From Phenylobacterium sp. (lineage in GTDB: Bacteria > Pseudomonadota > Alphaproteobacteria > Caulobacterales > Caulobacteraceae): a DNA stretch of 38,730 bases. This document shows positions 17,320 through 26,241 of this stretch, in pieces. Position 1 is the first letter of the stretch, and each line of letters opens with the position of its first letter. The stretch covers positions 1-38,730 of the forward strand of contig DASUIJ010000206.1 in assembly GCA_036279815.1 (NCBI GenBank). Reading direction: 5' to 3'. A model generated the notes under the pieces. It saw only the letters and a list, made by a program, of their open reading frames with translations, had not been told where the DNA came from and did not search any database. Made by a program: the position numbers and the translations under genes.

Positions 17320-19107
17320 ATGACCGATTCCCATGAAGACGAAGACGAAAACCGACCCCGCGTCCTGACCAATATCCAGGTCCTGGAATATTTCTGGCGC
17401 CACTGGATGGTGGAGCCCGGCCGTTTCGCGACCATCGCCGTTCTGATCCTGGCCTCGACGGTCTGCGACGCCTCGATCCCCTGGGCGACGCGGGGCCTGA
17501 TCAATGCGGTCTCGGCGCCCGAGCACCCCACGCGGACCGCCTGGATCGCCTGGGCCAGCCTGTCCGGGCTGTACCTGGCCTTCTACCTGCTCCGCTCGGG
17601 GATGTTCCGGCTGAGCAACGGCTTCTACTCGCGCATCATGGCCCGCATCGTCTCCGAGGGCTTCCAGCGGGTGCAGTCGTTCTCCTCGGACTGGCACGCC
17701 TCGAACTTCGCCGGGGCCACCGTGCGGCGGGTCAGCCGGGCCATGTGGGGCGCCGACAGCGCCTTCGACGCCCTGCTGCTGATGCTGACGCCCACCGTGC
17801 TCGTGCTGTCGGCGCTGGCGGTGTCGATCGGCCTGCGCTGGCCGGTGGCCGGCCTGTTCGTGGCCGCCCTGATCGTGGTGTTCGCGGTCTACAATGTGCT
17901 GGTTTCGACCTTCTACATCCGCCCGGCCAACCTGGCCTCCACAGCGCTGGACTCCGGCATCGGGGCCAATCTGGCCGACGCCATCGGCGCCAATCCGGTG
18001 GTCAAGGGCTTCGGCGCCGAGACCCGCGAGGAGGCGCGCTTCAACGCCCATATCGAGACGTGGCGGAAGGCCCAGAACGAGACCTGGGACCGCTTCAACC
18101 TCGTGGGCGTCGGCCAGAACCTTTTCCTGGTGCTGCTGCAGGCGGGGCTGACCGGCCTGCTGGTCAACGCCTGGTCCAAGGGCCAGGCCACCGCCGGGGA
18201 CGTGGCCTTCGCCATCACCTCGTTCATCGTCATGGCCGGGTACATGCGGAACTTCTCGGAGATCACCCGCATGCTGCAGAAGGGCCTGGACGACAGCCTG
18301 GACGTCGCCACCTACATGCGCACCGAGCCCCAGCTGAGGGACCGTCCCGGCGCGCCGGAGTTCCGCGGCGAACTGGGACAGGTGGTCTTCGACAAGGTGA
18401 CCTTCGGCTACGAGAAGCAGGGCTATCCGCTCTACGAGAACTTCAGCCTCGTGGTGGCGCCCGGCGAGCGGGTGGCGCTGGTGGGCTCCACGGGGGCGGG
18501 CAAGTCCACCTTCGTGAAGCTGATCCAGCGGCTCTACGATGTGCAGGAAGGCCGCATCCTGATCGACGGGCAGGACATCGCCCACGTCGCCCAGGGCTCG
18601 CTGCGGCGCGCCATCGCCGTGGTGCCGCAGGACCCCGCCCTGTTCCACCGCTCCATCGCCGAGAACATCGGCTATGCGCGGCCGGACGCGACCCGGGACG
18701 AGATCATGCTGGCGGCCCGACGGGCCCGCGCGCACGACTTCATCGCCAGGCTGCCCAAGGGCTACGACACCCTGGTCGGCGAGCGGGGCGTGAAGCTGTC
18801 GGGCGGGGAGCGCCAGCGGGTGGCGATCGCCAGGGCCTTCCTGGCGGACGCCCCGATCCTGGTGCTGGACGAGGCCACTTCGTCCCTGGACGTGGAGACC
18901 GAGCGTCTGGTGCAGGCGGCGATGGAAGAGCTGATGGTGGGGCGCACCACCGTGGTGATCGCCCACCGCCTGTCGACCATCCGCGGCGCCGACCGCATCC
19001 TGGTGTTCGAGGAGGGCCGCATCGTCGAGGAGGGTCGCCACCACGACCTGGTGACCAAGGGCGGCGCCTATGCCCGCCTGCACGCGGTGACGGAGGCGCA
19101 CGCATGA
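17320..19107 (+). CDS. Multidrug/peptide-type ABC exporter, fused TMD-NBD, paralog 1
   Basis: GSTGAGKS, LSGGERQ, ILVLDE, SSLD, AHRL; TMD contains FSSDWHASNFAGATVR; 595 aa. Confidence 0.93.
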   Translation: MTDSHEDEDENRPRVLTNIQVLEYFWRHWMVEPGRFATIAVLILASTVCDASIPWATRGLINAVSAPEHPTRTAWIAWASLSGLYLAFYLLRSGMFRLSNGFYSRIMARIVSEGFQRVQSFSSDWHASNFAGATVRRVSRAMWGADSAFDALLLMLTPTVLVLSALAVSIGLRWPVAGLFVAALIVVFAVYNVLVSTFYIRPANLASTALDSGIGANLADAIGANPVVKGFGAETREEARFNAHIETWRKAQNETWDRFNLVGVGQNLFLVLLQAGLTGLLVNAWSKGQATAGDVAFAITSFIVMAGYMRNFSEITRMLQKGLDDSLDVATYMRTEPQLRDRPGAPEFRGELGQVVFDKVTFGYEKQGYPLYENFSLVVAPGERVALVGSTGAGKSTFVKLIQRLYDVQEGRILIDGQDIAHVAQGSLRRAIAVVPQDPALFHRSIAENIGYARPDATRDEIMLAARRARAHDFIARLPKGYDTLVGERGVKLSGGERQRVAIARAFLADAPILVLDEATSSLDVETERLVQAAMEELMVGRTTVVIAHRLSTIRGADRILVFEEGRIVEEGRHHDLVTKGGAYARLHAVTEAHA

Positions 19108-21107
19108 GCCGCCTGATCCGCTGGGCGCGGGCCTTCGCCCGCGCCGTCGCCCGCGACGGGGTGTGGGTCTATGCGCCGCCCCTGGTCATCTCCGCCGCCA
19201 GCCCGCTGTGGCGGGCGGCGCCGCCGCCGCGCATCGCGGAAGAACCCGCCCCGGCGCCGGCGACGGCGACGGACCCGCAGTCGGTCGCCGCGCGGCGGGC
19301 CGGCCTGCGGCTCATCATCGGATTCCAGAGCCTCACATGACCGAGCACTACGAAGACAACGAGGAGGTCAGGACGCGGGTGCTGTCGAACGCCCAGGTGC
19401 TGGGGTTCATCGCCCGGTTCTGGATGCGGCGGCCCCTGCTGATGGTGGGGGTGACGGTCTTCACCCTGGGCTCCATCGCCCTGGACATGGCGCTGCCCTG
19501 GGCGTCCGGCCGGCTGGTGGACGCCGTGGCGGCGGGCCCGAGCGGCATCCCTGAGGCCTGGAGCGCCTGGGGGCTGTTCGTCGGCGTCTATCTGGCCATG
19601 GCCCTGGTCCGCAACGCGGCCAACAAGTTCTGGATTCCGGTGGCCGCCCGCAACATGCGCGACATGACCGACGAGGGGTTCGCCCGCGTCCAGTCGTTCT
19701 CGGCCGACTGGCACGCCGACGCCTTCGCCGGCGCCACCGTGCGGCGGCTCAGCCGGGCCATGTGGGGCTATGACGTCGTGTCGGACGCCGTGGTCATGTG
19801 GATCGGCCCGGCCGTGCTGGTGCTGGTCGGGCTGTCGGTGATGATGATCCTGCGCTGGCCGATGGTGGGGCTGTTCTCCCTGGCCATCGTCAGCCTCTAC
19901 ATCCTCTCGAACGTGGTCCTCACCTCGAAGTTCGGACGCCCGCTGAACCTGAAGTCGGTGGGGCTGGATTCGCGGATCGGCGGCGCCCTGGCCGATTCCA
20001 TCACCGCCAACGCCACGGTGCGCAGCTTCGGCGCCGAGGACCGCGAGAGCGCGCGGATCGGCGGCGTCACCGAGATGTGGCGGGTGGCGATCATCAGGAC
20101 CTGGAACAGGTTCACCGATATCTGGCTGGTCCAGAACCTGCTGCTCACCGCCCTGCAGGCCGGGCTGACCGGCCTGCTGATCCGGCTGTGGATCCGGGGC
20201 GAGGCGACGGCCGGCGACGTGGCCTTCGGGATCACCGCCTTCATGCTGATGAGCGGCTATCTGCGCAATGTGGGCGACAACATCCGCATGCTGCAGAAGG
20301 GCCTCGACGACGTGGAGGACGTGGCCCGCTACGAGCGCACCGAGCCCCAGGTGGCCGATGCGGCGGACGCCAGGCCGCTGACGGGCGAACTCGGCGAGAT
20401 CGTCTTCGACCACGCGACCTTCCGCTACAAGTCCGTTCCCGAGCCGCTGTTCAAGGACTTCTCGCTCACCATCCGGCCGGGCGAGCGGGTGGCGCTGGTC
20501 GGGCCGACGGGGGCGGGCAAGTCCACCTTCGTCAAGCTGGTGCAGCGCCTCTACGACCTGGAGGAGGGCCGCATCCTGATCGACCGCCAGGACGTGGCGC
20601 ACGTGACCCAGAACAGCCTGCGCCGCGCCATCGCCGTGGTGCCGCAGGACCCGGCCCTGTTCCACCGGACCATCGCCGAGAACATCGCCTATGCCCGGCC
20701 CGAAGCCACGGCCGACGAGATCGAACTGGCGGCCCGCCGGGCCCGCGCGCACGACTTCATCGCCAGGCTGCCCAAGGGCTACGACACCCTGGTGGGCGAG
20801 CGGGGCGTGAAGCTCTCGGGGGGCGAGCGCCAGCGGGTGGCGATCGCCAGGGCCTTCCTGGCGGACGCCCCGATCCTGGTCCTGGACGAGGCCACTTCGT
20901 CCCTGGACGTGGAGACCGAGCGTCTGGTGCAGGCGGCGATGGAGGAGCTGATGGTCGGGCGCACCACCATCGTCATCGCCCACCGCCTGTCGACCATCCG
21001 CGGCGCCGACCGGATCCTGGTGTTCGAGGACGGCCGCATCGTCGAGGAGGGGCGCCATGCGGAGCTGGTGGCCAAGGGCGGCGCCTATGCCCGACTGCAC
21101 GCCGTGA
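18709..21107 (+). repeat. Near-identical direct repeat of NBD-coding DNA (about 18709-19090 vs about 20726-21107)
   Basis: Long identical runs at a constant 2017-nt offset, e.g. ctggacgaggccacttcgtccctggacgtggagaccgagcgtctggtgcaggcggcgatgga in both copies. Confidence 0.85.
19104..19340 (+). CDS. 78-aa hypothetical protein translationally coupled to both ABC genes
   Basis: MSRLIRWARAFARAVARDGVWVYAPPLVISAASPLWRAAPPPRIAEEPAPAPATATDPQSVAARRAGLRLIIGFQSLT. ATGA overlaps at 19104-19107 and 19337-19340; GGAGG at 19092-19096. Confidence 0.65.
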   Translation: MSRLIRWARAFARAVARDGVWVYAPPLVISAASPLWRAAPPPRIAEEPAPAPATATDPQSVAARRAGLRLIIGFQSLT

Positions 21108-21124
21108 CCCTGGGCGCGGGCTAG
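19337..21124 (+). CDS. Multidrug/peptide-type ABC exporter, fused TMD-NBD, paralog 2
   Basis: Start at MTEHYEDNEE gives 595 aa, colinear with paralog 1; GPTGAGKS, LSGGERQ, ILVLDE, AHRL. Confidence 0.93.
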   Translation: MTEHYEDNEEVRTRVLSNAQVLGFIARFWMRRPLLMVGVTVFTLGSIALDMALPWASGRLVDAVAAGPSGIPEAWSAWGLFVGVYLAMALVRNAANKFWIPVAARNMRDMTDEGFARVQSFSADWHADAFAGATVRRLSRAMWGYDVVSDAVVMWIGPAVLVLVGLSVMMILRWPMVGLFSLAIVSLYILSNVVLTSKFGRPLNLKSVGLDSRIGGALADSITANATVRSFGAEDRESARIGGVTEMWRVAIIRTWNRFTDIWLVQNLLLTALQAGLTGLLIRLWIRGEATAGDVAFGITAFMLMSGYLRNVGDNIRMLQKGLDDVEDVARYERTEPQVADAADARPLTGELGEIVFDHATFRYKSVPEPLFKDFSLTIRPGERVALVGPTGAGKSTFVKLVQRLYDLEEGRILIDRQDVAHVTQNSLRRAIAVVPQDPALFHRTIAENIAYARPEATADEIELAARRARAHDFIARLPKGYDTLVGERGVKLSGGERQRVAIARAFLADAPILVLDEATSSLDVETERLVQAAMEELMVGRTTIVIAHRLSTIRGADRILVFEDGRIVEEGRHAELVAKGGAYARLHAVTLGAG

Positions 21125-21140
21125 GCCATAGTCGCAGGCC

Positions 21141-21944
21141 ATGACCTACATCGAAAAAGCCGCGACCTGGCTGCGGGACCGCTTCGCCGATCCGGCCGCG
21201 GCGACCGCCAACGACCTCAATCTCGCCCTGCGGGTCCTGGCCATCTGGCGCTCGTCCACCCTGGTCGCCGAGTTCCAGCGCCACCACGGCCTGACCATCC
21301 TGCAGGGCCCCTTCGAGGGCATGGCCTATGTGGGGGCCGCCGCCGAGGGCGCGCTGCTGCCGCGCCTGATCGGGACCTATGAGCAGGAGCTGCATCCGGC
21401 GATCCGCGGGTTCGCGGCGGCGGACCTGGACTGCGTGATCGATGTGGGCTGCGCCGAGGGCTACTACGCGGTCGGCATGGCGCGGCTGATGCCCCGGGCC
21501 ACGATCTACGCCCACGACATCAACGAGAAGGCCCAGGCCGCCTGCCGCGAGCTCGCCGGGCGCAACGGCGTGGCCGAGCGGGTGGTGGTGGGCGGGATCT
21601 TCGCGCCGGAACAGTTCCAGGCCTTCGCCGAGCGCAAGTGCCTGGTGATCTGCGACATCGAGGGCGCGGAGGACGACCTGCTGCGCCCCGACCTGGCCCC
21701 GGCCCTGGCGGGGATGAACCTGATCGTCGAGGTCCACGAGGTGTACAAGCCGGGCCTGCTGGCGCGGATGATCGAGCGGTTCGAGCCCACCCATCACGTC
21801 GAACGCCTGGACATGGGGCCGCGCACCCTGCCCCTGCCCCTGTGGTTCTTCCGCAAGAACCACATGGACCAGCTGCTGGCGGTCTGGGAGTGGCGCTCGG
21901 GGCCGACGCCGTGGCTGGTCCTGAAGCCGAAGACGGCGCCTTAG
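21141..21944 (+). CDS. Class I SAM-dependent methyltransferase (FkbM-like features)
   Basis: GTYEQELH, VIDVGCAEGYY, ICDIEGAE, IVEVH. Confidence 0.8.
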   Translation: MTYIEKAATWLRDRFADPAAATANDLNLALRVLAIWRSSTLVAEFQRHHGLTILQGPFEGMAYVGAAAEGALLPRLIGTYEQELHPAIRGFAAADLDCVIDVGCAEGYYAVGMARLMPRATIYAHDINEKAQAACRELAGRNGVAERVVVGGIFAPEQFQAFAERKCLVICDIEGAEDDLLRPDLAPALAGMNLIVEVHEVYKPGLLARMIERFEPTHHVERLDMGPRTLPLPLWFFRKNHMDQLLAVWEWRSGPTPWLVLKPKTAP

Positions 21945-21986
21945 CCGCCCGGTCCCTTCATCCCGGCGATGGCCGGGGCGAGCGGT

Positions 21987-23189
21987 TCAATCGGACAGGG
22001 CCGCCGCGAGACGGCCCGCCAGGTCGCCCCGGGGTTCGACGCGCACCGATTCCAGCCCCAGCCACCCGGCCATCAGCCGCAGTTCCTGGGCCAGGGCGAC
22101 GGGGGTCGCCGCATCGGCCCCGGGTTCGGCGTGGGTCGACTGCACCGCCAGGACGCCGGCCTTGCGCTCGGCCTTCAGGTCGACGCGGGCGGTGATGGCC
22201 TCGCCCTGCAGGAAGGGCAGGACGTAGTAGCCGTGGGTGCGCTTGTGGGCCGGGGTGTAGATCTCCAGCCGCACCTTCACCCCGAACATCCGCTCGGTCC
22301 GCTCGCGGAACCAGATCAGGTTGTCGAAGGGGGAGAGCAGGGCCTGGGCCTGCACCTTGCGCGGCCGCCGGGCCTGCGGGTGCAGATAGGCCTGGGCGCC
22401 CCAGCCCTGGACCTCGACCGGGACCAGCTCGCCGGCCTCCACGAGTTCGGCGATGCGCGCCTTGGTGTCGGCCACCGGCATGCGGAAATAGTCGCGCAGG
22501 TCGCGCTCGGTGGCGACGCCCTGGGCGCGGGCGGCGATGCGGACCAGTTCGCGCTGGGCCTCGTCGCGGGGCGGGGTGGGCGTCTCGCGCACCGCCTTGG
22601 GATGGACCTTCTCGGGCAGGCCGTAGACCCGCTCGAAGGTGCCGCGGCGGGTCGCCGTGGTCAGCCGGCCGGTCCAGAACAGGCATTCCATCGCCCGCTT
22701 GTCCTCGCTCCACCCCCACCAGCCGCCGGCGCCCTTGGCCCCGAGCTCCAGTTCGCCGGCCGACATCGGGCCCCGCTGCTCGATCTGGGTCCGCGCCTTC
22801 TCGATGAAGTCCCCATGGGTGCGCAGGAACCGGGCCACGCCCTTCCAGGCGCCGACGCCCTCGGCGGCGTCCTCCATGCGCCAACGCATCAGCGGCTGGG
22901 TGGACCAGGGCGCCAGCGACGCCTCGTGCATCCAGTACTCGTAGAGCGCCGGGCGCCTACCCCAGGCCAGGTCTTCGAGCAGGGCGCGCGGATAGGCGCC
23001 CAGCCTCGAGAACAGCGGCAGGTAGTGGGTGCGCGAGACCACGTTGACCGAATCGATCTGCAGCACGCCCAGCCGCTCGATGGTCTTGAGCAGATGGCGG
23101 CGCCCGGCGGTCTCGGGCCGCCGCTCGGCGAAACCCTGGGCCGCCAGCGCGATGCGCCGGGCCGCCTTGGCGGAGAGGGTCTCGGTCAT
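21987..23189 (-). CDS. ycaQ: YcaQ-like (HTH_42/AlkZ superfamily) DNA crosslink glycosylase
   Basis: LQIDSVNVV (QxD motif), SRLGAY, EYWMHEAS, LLSPFDNLIW, EIYTP-x-x-KR-x-x-GYYVLPFL. Confidence 0.88.
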   Translation of the reverse strand: MTETLSAKAARRIALAAQGFAERRPETAGRRHLLKTIERLGVLQIDSVNVVSRTHYLPLFSRLGAYPRALLEDLAWGRRPALYEYWMHEASLAPWSTQPLMRWRMEDAAEGVGAWKGVARFLRTHGDFIEKARTQIEQRGPMSAGELELGAKGAGGWWGWSEDKRAMECLFWTGRLTTATRRGTFERVYGLPEKVHPKAVRETPTPPRDEAQRELVRIAARAQGVATERDLRDYFRMPVADTKARIAELVEAGELVPVEVQGWGAQAYLHPQARRPRKVQAQALLSPFDNLIWFRERTERMFGVKVRLEIYTPAHKRTHGYYVLPFLQGEAITARVDLKAERKAGVLAVQSTHAEPGADAATPVALAQELRLMAGWLGLESVRVEPRGDLAGRLAAALSD

Positions 23190-23204
23190 TCGCCGATCGG
23201 GGCC

Positions 23205-23969
23205 CTACCGCTCCAGCCGACCGTCGCTCAGCGCGGCCATCTCGAAGGGGAACACCACCTTGGGGTCAGGCTTGTCGACCGTCTTGGCGACGTCCTTGGG
23301 CGCCAGCGCCTTGACCAGATGGCGGATGACGTTCAGCCGCGCCTCCTTCTTGTCGTCGCCCCGGACGCAGGTCCAGGGAGCCAGGTCCGAATTGGTGCGC
23401 TTCAACATCTCGTCGCGGGCGGTGGAATAGTCGTCCCACTTCTTCTGGGCGGCCTCGTCCAGCGGGCTCGCCTTCAGAATCTTCAGCGGATCGTCGTGGC
23501 GCTCCGCCAGCCGCTTGGCCTGCTCGCCCTTGGAGACGTCGAGCCATAGCTTGACCAGCTTCAGCCCGTTGTTGACCAGCATTCCCTCGAACACCGGCAC
23601 GTCGCGCAGGAACGCCTCGTGCTCCTCCGGCGTGCAGAAGCCCATCACCGGCTCGACCCCGCCGCGGTTGTACCAGGAGCGGTTGAACATCACCGTCTCG
23701 CCGCTGGCCGGCAGGTATTCGACATAGCGCTGGAAGTACCACTGGCTGCGTTCGCGGTCCGAGGGCTTGGACAGAGCGACCACCCGCGTGGCGCGGTTGG
23801 ACAGGTGCTCGGTCACCCGACGGATGGTCCCGTCCTTGCCGGCGGCGTCGCGGCCTTCGAAGATGATCAGCACCTTCTCGCCGGATTCCATGGCGTGCTG
23901 CTGGAAGCGGACCAGGGCGAGCTGCAGGTCGGCCAGCGTCTTTTCGTAGGCGTCGTCGGAATTGGACAT
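23205..23969 (-). CDS. ppk2: Polyphosphate kinase 2, single domain
   Basis: FEGRDAAGKDG Walker A, QWYFQRY, FNRSWYNR. Confidence 0.93.
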   Translation of the reverse strand: MSNSDDAYEKTLADLQLALVRFQQHAMESGEKVLIIFEGRDAAGKDGTIRRVTEHLSNRATRVVALSKPSDRERSQWYFQRYVEYLPASGETVMFNRSWYNRGGVEPVMGFCTPEEHEAFLRDVPVFEGMLVNNGLKLVKLWLDVSKGEQAKRLAERHDDPLKILKASPLDEAAQKKWDDYSTARDEMLKRTNSDLAPWTCVRGDDKKEARLNVIRHLVKALAPKDVAKTVDKPDPKVVFPFEMAALSDGRLER

Positions 23970-24018
23970 GGGGAAAGCCTAGTCCGGTTCACACTCCAGC
24001 GGCTAGAACCCTTGCGAC

Positions 24019-24741
24019 ATGATCCGACTGTTCGTCCCCCACCCGCTCGCCGCCGACGCCGCCTTTCCCCTGGACGACGGCCAGAGCCGCTACCTGACCT
24101 CGGTGATGCGCAAGGCCGTGGGCGACGAGGTGCTGGTGTTCAACGGCGTCGACGGGGAGTGGCGCTGCGCCATCGATCAGGTCGGAAAGCGGTTCGTGAT
24201 CCTGAGGGCCCGATCGCTGGAGAGGCCGCAGTCGCCGGGTCCCGACGTGGTGCTGATCGTCGCCCTGGTGAAACGGGGCCGACTGGAGACGATCGTCGAA
24301 AAGGCCGCCGAGCTGGGCGCCGCGGGCGTCTGGCCGACCATCACGGAGCGGACCAACGCCGATCACACGCGCGAGGACCGCCTGCGGATCATCGCCACAG
24401 AGGCCGCCGAGCAGACCGGGCGGCTGGACGTGCCGGAGATTCGCGCGCCGGTGAAGCTGGACAGGCTGCTGGCGGGCTGGGAGGCGGGCCGCCGCCTGCT
24501 GTTCTGCGACGAGGCCGGGGACGCAAGGCCGGTGATCCAGGCCCTGGCGGGGGCGCCGGCCGGGCCCTGGGCGATCCTGATCGGGCCGGAGGGCGGCTTC
24601 TCCCCCGCCGAGCGGGAACGGCTGCGGGCCCTGGACTATGCGACGCCGGCGACGCTGGGCCCGCGCATCCTGCGCGCCGACACCGCCGCGATCAGCGCGC
24701 TCACGCTCTGGCAGGCGGCGTTGGGCGACTGGCGCGGATAG
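24019..24741 (+). CDS. rsmE: 16S rRNA m3U1498 methyltransferase
   Basis: EKAAELG, EAAEQ, IGPEGGFS, LGPRILRADTA. Confidence 0.95.
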   Translation: MIRLFVPHPLAADAAFPLDDGQSRYLTSVMRKAVGDEVLVFNGVDGEWRCAIDQVGKRFVILRARSLERPQSPGPDVVLIVALVKRGRLETIVEKAAELGAAGVWPTITERTNADHTREDRLRIIATEAAEQTGRLDVPEIRAPVKLDRLLAGWEAGRRLLFCDEAGDARPVIQALAGAPAGPWAILIGPEGGFSPAERERLRALDYATPATLGPRILRADTAAISALTLWQAALGDWRG

Positions 24742-24859
24742 CTTTCGGCCGGGGCTTGAGCTTTCCTGATTTGCGCCCACTTGATTGAACAGCGTAAAGA
24801 TCGCGCCGTTTTGCCCGGCGAGAGCGCCGAAGGCATGTGTGTGGGGTGGGGAGAACAAG

Positions 24860-26218
24860 ATGGCCGACGCAAAGGTCGATGACCGTCCCCTGACGTTCGA
24901 CGATATTCTGGCCTGGTTCGACGAGGGCTCGAAACCCAAGGACCAGTGGCGTGTGGGCGCGGAGCACGAGAAGTTCGTATTCCAGCTGGGGACCCACGAA
25001 CCGGTCCCCTATGAGGGTCCCAGGGGGATCAAGGCCCTGCTCGAGGGCCTCAGGCGATTCGGCTGGAAGGGCGTCTACGAGGGCGAGACCATCATCGGGC
25101 TGGAGCGCGGCAAGGCCAATGTGAGCCTGGAGCCCGGCGGCCAGTTCGAGCTGTCCGGCGCGCCGCTGGAGACCATGCACGACATCTGTTCGGAAACCGG
25201 GGAGCACCTCAAGGAGGTGAAGACCGTGGCCGACGAGCTGGGCCTGGGCTTCCTGGGGCTGGGCTTCACCCCGATCTGGCGGCGCGACCAGGTGCCGGTC
25301 ATGCCCAAGGGCCGATATAAGATCATGCGCGAGTACATGCCCAAGGTCGGCTCGCTCGGCCTCGACATGATGTTCCGCACCTGCACGGTGCAGGCCAACC
25401 TCGACTTCGGCTCCGAAGCCGACATGGTCATGAAGTTCCGGGTGGCCCTGGCCCTGCAGCCGATCGGCACGGCCCTGTTCGCCAATTCGCCGTTCGTGGA
25501 GGGCAAGCCGTCGGGCTTCCTGTCCAAGCGCGCCAACATCTGGACCGACACCGATCCCGACCGCACCGGCATGTTGGACTTCGTGTTCAAGGACGGCTTC
25601 GGATTCGAGACCTACGCCAACTACCTGCTCGACGTGCCGATGTATTTCGCCAAGCGCGACGACAAGTACGTGGACCTGTCGGGCAAGAGCTTCCGCAAGT
25701 TCATGGCCGGCGAACTGCCGGAACGCCCGGGCGACCGGGCGACCATCAAGGACTTCGCCGACCACTCCACCACCGCGTTCCCGGAGGTGCGGCTGAAGCA
25801 GTACCTGGAGATGCGCGGCTCGGACTCCGGCCCGTGGAGCCGGCTCTGCGCCCTGCCGGCCCTGTGGACGGGAATCTACTACGACAGCCAGGCCCTGGCC
25901 GCGGCCTGGGACCTCTGCAAGGACTGGGACATCGCCGATCATGAGCGCCTGCGCTCGGACGTGGCGACCCTCGGCCTCAAGGCCAAGATCGGCGGCCGCA
26001 CGGCCCAGGACGTGGCCAAGGACATGGTGGCCATCGCCCGCTCGGGCCTGAAGAACCGCAACCGGCTCAGCGCCGGCATGGTCGACGAGACCGGCTACCT
26101 GTCCGAGCTGGAGGAGATCGCCGATTCGGGGATCACCCCGGCCGAGCGGCTGCTGGAGCTCTATAACGGTCCCTGGAAGGGCGATGTCTCGCCGGTGTTC
26201 GAGGCCTTCGCCTACTGA
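24860..26218 (+). CDS. gshA: Glutamate--cysteine ligase (alphaproteobacterial/plant type)
   Basis: GAEHEKF, SLEPGGQFELSG, MPKGRY, TCTVQANLD, FPEVRLKQYLEMRG. Start at MADAKV after GGAG. Confidence 0.95.
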   Translation: MADAKVDDRPLTFDDILAWFDEGSKPKDQWRVGAEHEKFVFQLGTHEPVPYEGPRGIKALLEGLRRFGWKGVYEGETIIGLERGKANVSLEPGGQFELSGAPLETMHDICSETGEHLKEVKTVADELGLGFLGLGFTPIWRRDQVPVMPKGRYKIMREYMPKVGSLGLDMMFRTCTVQANLDFGSEADMVMKFRVALALQPIGTALFANSPFVEGKPSGFLSKRANIWTDTDPDRTGMLDFVFKDGFGFETYANYLLDVPMYFAKRDDKYVDLSGKSFRKFMAGELPERPGDRATIKDFADHSTTAFPEVRLKQYLEMRGSDSGPWSRLCALPALWTGIYYDSQALAAAWDLCKDWDIADHERLRSDVATLGLKAKIGGRTAQDVAKDMVAIARSGLKNRNRLSAGMVDETGYLSELEEIADSGITPAERLLELYNGPWKGDVSPVFEAFAY

Positions 26219-26241
26219 CAGCTGTGAGTGGTTCGGTCGGA

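Noticed and set aside
19200-19235. RAPP-type (ApdA/ApdP) arrest motif in the 78-aa ORF
   Set aside because: The sequence is RAAPPP, not RAPP, and it is internal rather than near the C-terminus. Kept only as a polyproline stretch.
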